64,000 nt of DNA, taken from an uncultured archaeon (lineage in GTDB: Archaea > Aenigmatarchaeota > Aenigmatarchaeia > CG10238-14 > SCSR01). Positions within the stretch are counted from its first letter, which is position 1. Each line of letters starts with the position of its first letter. A program made the position numbers and the translations under genes. Of this stretch, positions 59,261 to 64,000 are shown one piece after another. The notes under the pieces are model-generated. The model did no database searches. It worked only from the letters and a program-made list of their open reading frames with translations, and was not told where the DNA came from. The stretch covers positions 7,433 to 71,432 of the forward strand of contig CAZMWU010000001.1 in assembly GCA_964570195.1 (NCBI GenBank), given 5' to 3'.

Positions 59261-61054
59261 ATGAGAATGCCTAGGATACCCCTGCATTTGGCATTGGCTT
59301 TAGCGCTTGGCACAGGAATAGTAGGTTATTCACTACCTAATCATTCAAGAGTTTACCAATTCTTAAGAGATACACCATCAACAGCCCGAGAATATGGTAG
59401 AGAACTGTGGGAAGCACTACCTTTCACAGAAAAAGAAGCATATCCTATAACCTCACCAGTTAGCTATACATCAACTAAGGAAGAAAAATTTACATCAATC
59501 GCACGCAGGTATTCTGGGTCATCTCCTCTGGCTATGACAAAAGATAAGAATTCAGGAGTGTTATTGCCAGGGCAAACAATAACAATAAACCCAATCACAA
59601 CTGTGATTCACGTACCTCCTGAAATATGGACGATGGCATACGGCGACCCCAGAAATGTTCCGTATATTAGAAAGATAGTGAAACGAGGCGACGAACCTGA
59701 TAAAATTTCTGTAAAAATAGAAGATGTGATTACAGGAGATTTGGGGTTGGGGCGTCCTGAAGATGTAGCCGTTGTTAGCATAATTGGACAGTTAGGTGAG
59801 AGTAGAAGCCCCTTATTATTAATCGGACGAAATGGGAAGGTGGTTTCCGTACCTTTTAGCAGGGGAGAGTATGGCAGTGGATATGTTGGGGCAATAATAA
59901 ATACAACGGATGTAACTGGCGACAATAGTCCAGAAATTATTGTTCAAGAAAGGGACATGGATTCTAATCCATGGATTCACCCAAGATTATTGCATATTTT
60001 TCGACGAAATGAAAAAGGAGATTTTCAAAACCACCCCACTTATGCAGCAGGCATTACATTAATAGAGGATGCAGACGGAAACAACATCCCTGATATATTT
60101 TCTGCTTGGTGGATACCTGCACCAGAGTTTGGTGTTAAAATCAACAGAGGACTTACATACGACCCCAAAACACTAAACATTTTAAGAACTGAATGGGTTC
60201 CAAACCCACATCCAGGAGGTTTTCTGAGCCTGACGCGAGATGAGTATAACGCACCTGAAAACATAAAAGTAGCACTGGCTACAGATTTTTTAATCAATAA
60301 CCCCAACTATCCTGAAATTTCCCGCGAGATTGAGCAGGGGCTGATAACAACATCTTCTCAATTATCTGAGATACTCAAATCATCACAACGTTCTCTTATA
60401 GATAGGATAGGATCTAATGCTTATACGCAAGCTGCAACTTTTGCAGGTAGACTAGAAATTAACAAAGGAGAAATTCTAACTTCATTGCTTTCTCCAAATC
60501 CCGAGCAAGCTATTGAGGTCGCAGAGCAGGTTCTAAGGACGTCAGACCGCCATATTATCGATTTGGCTCTTAGGGAAGCGGGGGAGGATCTTTATGTAGT
60601 CGACCTAGAAACAGATTTGGCACGACCTCTTTGGGAATATCTATCAGATGTTAGTGCGGAACGGGGTGAATTGAATGTCAGGGTTGGCGTGGAACCCCTT
60701 GCAGCATATCTTTTAACAGCATACTTGAACAATGTTGTGCCATGGGCAATCGATCAGCCGGCAGCCCTCCTTCTAACACGGGATATAGCATTGATGCCAG
60801 GAAACAGTTATGTAACAGTCAGATTAAGGCCTGACGAGAGAGGCGATTTAAAGTTATCCGGAGGATTTGAAACCGGTGAAAACGTAAGGAGATTAAATAA
60901 TGCAGTGAACTCTTATGTAATGGATAAACAACCTGAACTCGATAGATTTGAAGAGAAAATTAGGTCGGGTACTGGCATAAGGAGCATGCTGCAGACATGG
61001 GGAGAAATAGGGTTGGATACAATCGAACAACTAAGAAGACGGTTAAAAGAATAA
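59261..61054 (+). CDS. Secreted/anchored protein with LysM-like and VCBS/FG-GAP-like motifs
   Basis: YT.....F.SIARRY...LLPGQTITI; DVTGDNSPEI; DADGNNIPDI. Confidence 0.65.
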   Translation: MRMPRIPLHLALALALGTGIVGYSLPNHSRVYQFLRDTPSTAREYGRELWEALPFTEKEAYPITSPVSYTSTKEEKFTSIARRYSGSSPLAMTKDKNSGVLLPGQTITINPITTVIHVPPEIWTMAYGDPRNVPYIRKIVKRGDEPDKISVKIEDVITGDLGLGRPEDVAVVSIIGQLGESRSPLLLIGRNGKVVSVPFSRGEYGSGYVGAIINTTDVTGDNSPEIIVQERDMDSNPWIHPRLLHIFRRNEKGDFQNHPTYAAGITLIEDADGNNIPDIFSAWWIPAPEFGVKINRGLTYDPKTLNILRTEWVPNPHPGGFLSLTRDEYNAPENIKVALATDFLINNPNYPEISREIEQGLITTSSQLSEILKSSQRSLIDRIGSNAYTQAATFAGRLEINKGEILTSLLSPNPEQAIEVAEQVLRTSDRHIIDLALREAGEDLYVVDLETDLARPLWEYLSDVSAERGELNVRVGVEPLAAYLLTAYLNNVVPWAIDQPAALLLTRDIALMPGNSYVTVRLRPDERGDLKLSGGFETGENVRRLNNAVNSYVMDKQPELDRFEEKIRSGTGIRSMLQTWGEIGLDTIEQLRRRLKE

Positions 61055-61111
61055 TCAACAAATTAGATATTTAAATACTCGCCAAAACAAATATAAAGTT
61101 AAGTGAAATTA

Positions 61112-61426
61112 ATGAAAGCTGTCGCGGTTCCTTATATCATAGCTATTCTTCTTGGTGTTGGTGTCATCGGGTTAGTAGGTTATTGGTTATTTGTTTCCGG
61201 AGGTCAGTTCGGCGGCGGAGCCGCATCTCAACAATGCAGGACAGATTTTCTACAAACCTGCCAGAGCTGGGCGGCTGGTGGATATTTAGCAGATAACCCT
61301 GCTGATAATGGTGTTTTTAAGCACGCAGATGATAATGTTTGCATGAAGCAAGTGACAGGTAAAACCGACATGGACGATGCCACTAAAGCCATATACAGGT
61401 CTTCCTGTACAGTGGCTGGTGCTTAA
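61112..61426 (+). CDS. Pilin-like protein with 4 Cys
   Basis: KA|VAVPYIIAILLG. Confidence 0.8.
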   Translation: MKAVAVPYIIAILLGVGVIGLVGYWLFVSGGQFGGGAASQQCRTDFLQTCQSWAAGGYLADNPADNGVFKHADDNVCMKQVTGKTDMDDATKAIYRSSCTVAGA

Positions 61427-61451
61427 TTTCTATATTTTCTAAATCTATTAT

Positions 61452-61742
61452 ATGTCCAAAGCCGTTGCAACGCAAGCTGTTTTCCTGGTGGGCGTCATCG
61501 CCATTCTATTTTTCTTCATAACCGCTATTTTCTTCGGCTGGATTAAAGGAACTAAAATAGTTACCACTCAAGCTACATGTGTAGTGAAGCAAAGGAGCTA
61601 TTGCAGTGAATGGTCTGTAGCAGGAAAGGAGCCTGACTGGTGGGGAGAAAGGGAGCCTAAGAATTGTGAGAGCGCGGACTTTCAAATAACCAAACCTAGT
61701 TGTAACGACTGTAAGAAGATATACTCTGCTATGAGATGCTAA
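61452..61742 (+). CDS. Pilin-like protein with 6 Cys
   Basis: KA|VATQAVF plus TM; CX7C motif. Confidence 0.75.
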   Translation: MSKAVATQAVFLVGVIAILFFFITAIFFGWIKGTKIVTTQATCVVKQRSYCSEWSVAGKEPDWWGEREPKNCESADFQITKPSCNDCKKIYSAMRC

Positions 61743-61769
61743 TAATTTATCAGAAAACAAAATAATCTT

Positions 61770-62141
61770 ATGTTGAAAGGCTCCGCCGCCACAAACGCCC
61801 TTACCATTGTAGGTGTGGGACTTGTGAGCGTAATAATGTTTGCCCAAGTCCCTGACATGGTAAAAGATATAAGATTGGTTTTGTCGAAAGATTCTGTCAT
61901 AGCAAAATCGGCAGAGATAGCAGATTTGTTAACTCGCACAGCATCAGTGCCAGGGGACATCAAAATTACCCATAAACTATCCGATGAAGTTTCTTACACC
62001 ATTTCGATTAAAAACGGTTATGTAAATATCAGCACTGAAAACGATTGGGCGGTGTCAAAGACATTTTCGAATGTGGAATTCGAGTCAGAAAATGTAAAGT
62101 CACTCCTGATAACAAAAACTAGTATCATAAAGGTTGAATGA
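61770..62141 (+). CDS. Minor pilin-like protein
   Basis: KG|SAAT plus hydrophobic helix; beta-rich tail. Confidence 0.65.
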   Translation: MLKGSAATNALTIVGVGLVSVIMFAQVPDMVKDIRLVLSKDSVIAKSAEIADLLTRTASVPGDIKITHKLSDEVSYTISIKNGYVNISTENDWAVSKTFSNVEFESENVKSLLITKTSIIKVE

Positions 62142-62142
62142 T

Positions 62143-62769
62143 ATGAAAAAAGGGCAACAATCGGCAGAGATATTATTCTCAGTTACCATTGCTGTGCTTC
62201 TTGCAGGAATCCTTTTACCAGCGATTCCTCTTGGTCAAGCAACTAAAATAGCTCCAGAAGTGCAAGCCAAGGAATTTGAAAACAAGGCGATTATTTTAGC
62301 AAATTCCTTTTTGGACAATCCGGATTTAATTTATTCTGATTCTTACGGTTCTTATCATGGGATGTTCGATACAACAAATTTCGAAAATATTTTTTATGAA
62401 AGCGATTCTGATTCAGCCTTGTACACATGCAAGCCAAATCTAAGCAATTGCAAACTACCGACTTATCCAGAGACTTTCGCATTGGTGATAGTTGTTGATA
62501 TAGAAAACGATAATGGGTGGTTCACCGGTACACACAGGTTGACTGGTTCAGAGTCACAAGTTACCAATATAATTTCATGTTTCCAAAATAGAGTAACCAT
62601 AAATTATCCCGACTTGTTCAAGGCTGGCTCTTATACAGCCGAAGTTTTAGAATTAGACAATTGTAATTTACACAGATATTCGCATCTTAATTTAGTTTTT
62701 CCTGTCTCACTCAGATATTCAGACGGCAGGATTAACAAGGGCGTACTAAAAGTTCTGGTGGTCGAATGA
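62143..62769 (+). CDS. Minor pilin-like protein
   Basis: Canonical KKG|QQSAE class III signal with +5 Glu. Confidence 0.75.
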   Translation: MKKGQQSAEILFSVTIAVLLAGILLPAIPLGQATKIAPEVQAKEFENKAIILANSFLDNPDLIYSDSYGSYHGMFDTTNFENIFYESDSDSALYTCKPNLSNCKLPTYPETFALVIVVDIENDNGWFTGTHRLTGSESQVTNIISCFQNRVTINYPDLFKAGSYTAEVLELDNCNLHRYSHLNLVFPVSLRYSDGRINKGVLKVLVVE

Positions 62770-63200
62770 AATCGCAATCCATACTTGACATACCTTTGAT
62801 GGGAACAATAGCAATAATAATTATTCCATTGTCTATAATACTTCCCCCCACCATAATTAAAATGACACTCGACAAAGAAATTGTATATACCTTCGAATAT
62901 GAAAAGACACAGTATACTTTACTTGCATTGCTGTCGTCTACCTATAATGGCAATCATTTATACGAAATAATCGCGAACAATATCGACAACCCCGAGAATT
63001 TAGAATTTTTAAAAGATGATATTAACAAACTTGTAGAATCCAAGTGTTATACCATCCAAGTCGGCGACGGAAACGAGTTCGCTCCTATAGTCGAGAGCGG
63101 CAGTTGCAACAAAAAATACACTTTCACTACAATAATTACACTTCCCTATAGCCCTGATTCTAAATCACGTGTAAAATTGTTGAGGATTGATGTAGGATGA
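62766..63200 (+). CDS. Minor pilin-like protein
   Basis: KS|QSILD plus hydrophobic helix; ATGA coupling at both ends. Confidence 0.65.
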   Translation: MKSQSILDIPLMGTIAIIIIPLSIILPPTIIKMTLDKEIVYTFEYEKTQYTLLALLSSTYNGNHLYEIIANNIDNPENLEFLKDDINKLVESKCYTIQVGDGNEFAPIVESGSCNKKYTFTTIITLPYSPDSKSRVKLLRIDVG

Positions 63201-64000
63201 AATCGGTAGTTAACGCAGCAGTAACTGCGGTAGTAGGAGTGTTGGTTGTTATTGGAGTTACGTCACTTGCTCTTGTAAACCAATCCCATGCCTTAACAAA
63301 GGGTGTTAACGAGAGAAACATAGTCGAATCGATAAACCAAATGGAACTGATTAAAAAGGCCATCCATCAATCCGCAATAGACTCTATTTACCAGGAAGCA
63401 TACACACTTGCAAAATATGGCGGATACGGGGATTACAACGGTGAATGCGACTCAAAGCTGATAGAGGGTTACCAGATGGAATTGCCATACTGGAAAGCCT
63501 TTGGAAATAATTGTTTTCCGACACCTTCAGTAAAATTTGAATCCGAGCTGAAAGACACAATATTTGAAAAGTTCGGACAATATCTAGGTTCCATTAAAGA
63601 CAAGTTTAGTTCAGAGTTGACTATACCGAAATATCTAGGCGGGGGCAATGAGAACTGCCCTGCAAGTTACACTTATTCAAAAGAGGAAAAAACATGCATA
63701 TGCGATTTTAGCGAAGAAGAGGAAGAACTTTGTTATCTTGGCATACAATATTACACATCTGTCAAAATTTTTGACGATTTGACAATTGTCCATCTACCTG
63801 CTACCGACAAAATGAAATTCGCAAATGAGAAGTTAGAACTCACGGACGATATAACTCTGTTGAAAACAGTCAAAATACTTTTAGGGAAATTAATTGACAT
63901 CGGTGAAGAAAATTTTGTCAATAAGGATCCTGTTTCTTCTTCAATTGAAAATGCAAACCAGAAAATGAATAGTGTCGCCTATCCTGGAGCAACAAAAGAT
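63197..64000 (+). CDS. Large pilin-like/surface protein, truncated by window end
   Basis: Translated by hand: MKSVVNAAVTAVVGVLVVIG..., 268 codons with no stop; contains Cys. Confidence 0.75.
   Translation, partial: MKSVVNAAVTAVVGVLVVIGVTSLALVNQSHALTKGVNERNIVESINQMELIKKAIHQSAIDSIYQEAYTLAKYGGYGDYNGECDSKLIEGYQMELPYWKAFGNNCFPTPSVKFESELKDTIFEKFGQYLGSIKDKFSSELTIPKYLGGGNENCPASYTYSKEEKTCICDFSEEEEELCYLGIQYYTSVKIFDDLTIVHLPATDKMKFANEKLELTDDITLLKTVKILLGKLIDIGEENFVNKDPVSSSIENANQKMNSVAYPGATKD

Overview
Gene-dense, AT-rich archaeal DNA. Evidence for archaeal origin: HMf-type histone, RadA, RPA, uS15/eS1, Bud32, Trm5, Dph5, AglB and TATA-like promoters. The compact layout, many orphans and PolB architecture suggest a DPANN lineage, possibly Aenigmarchaeota (inference). 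There are four blocks. (1) 1-2.4 kb: a family-B DNA polymerase with a PIP-like motif and a PolD-DP2-like C-terminal Zn finger. (2) 2.4-38.2 kb: a large surface-glycosylation locus with Alg7/Alg13/Alg14-like genes, AglB, two more GT-C enzymes, flippases, sugar-nucleotide enzymes, a C-methyltransferase, five other methyltransferases, AlkP/sulfatase-like enzymes and a GT75/RGP-like protein. (3) 38.2-48.4 kb: housekeeping genes and tRNA-Leu(CAG), interspersed with Arg-rich orphans. (4) 48.5-64 kb: a bidirectional type-IV-filament locus. Its right arm has the ATPase, a TadC/ArlJ-like platform, about 12 class-III-signal proteins (a Cys-rich diversified pilin family, a 37-aa micro-pilin, a glycine-zipper pilin) and a LysM/VCBS-like protein. 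Its left arm has four paralogous membrane proteins and two coiled-coil proteins. Block 4 is the best candidate for an uncharacterised host-contact or delivery machine. Also missed by the ORF track: a 29-aa 'RLxxLGY' micro-ORF among tail-less AlkP enzymes, and a probable AUA start codon. No CRISPR array, rRNA or transposase was seen.
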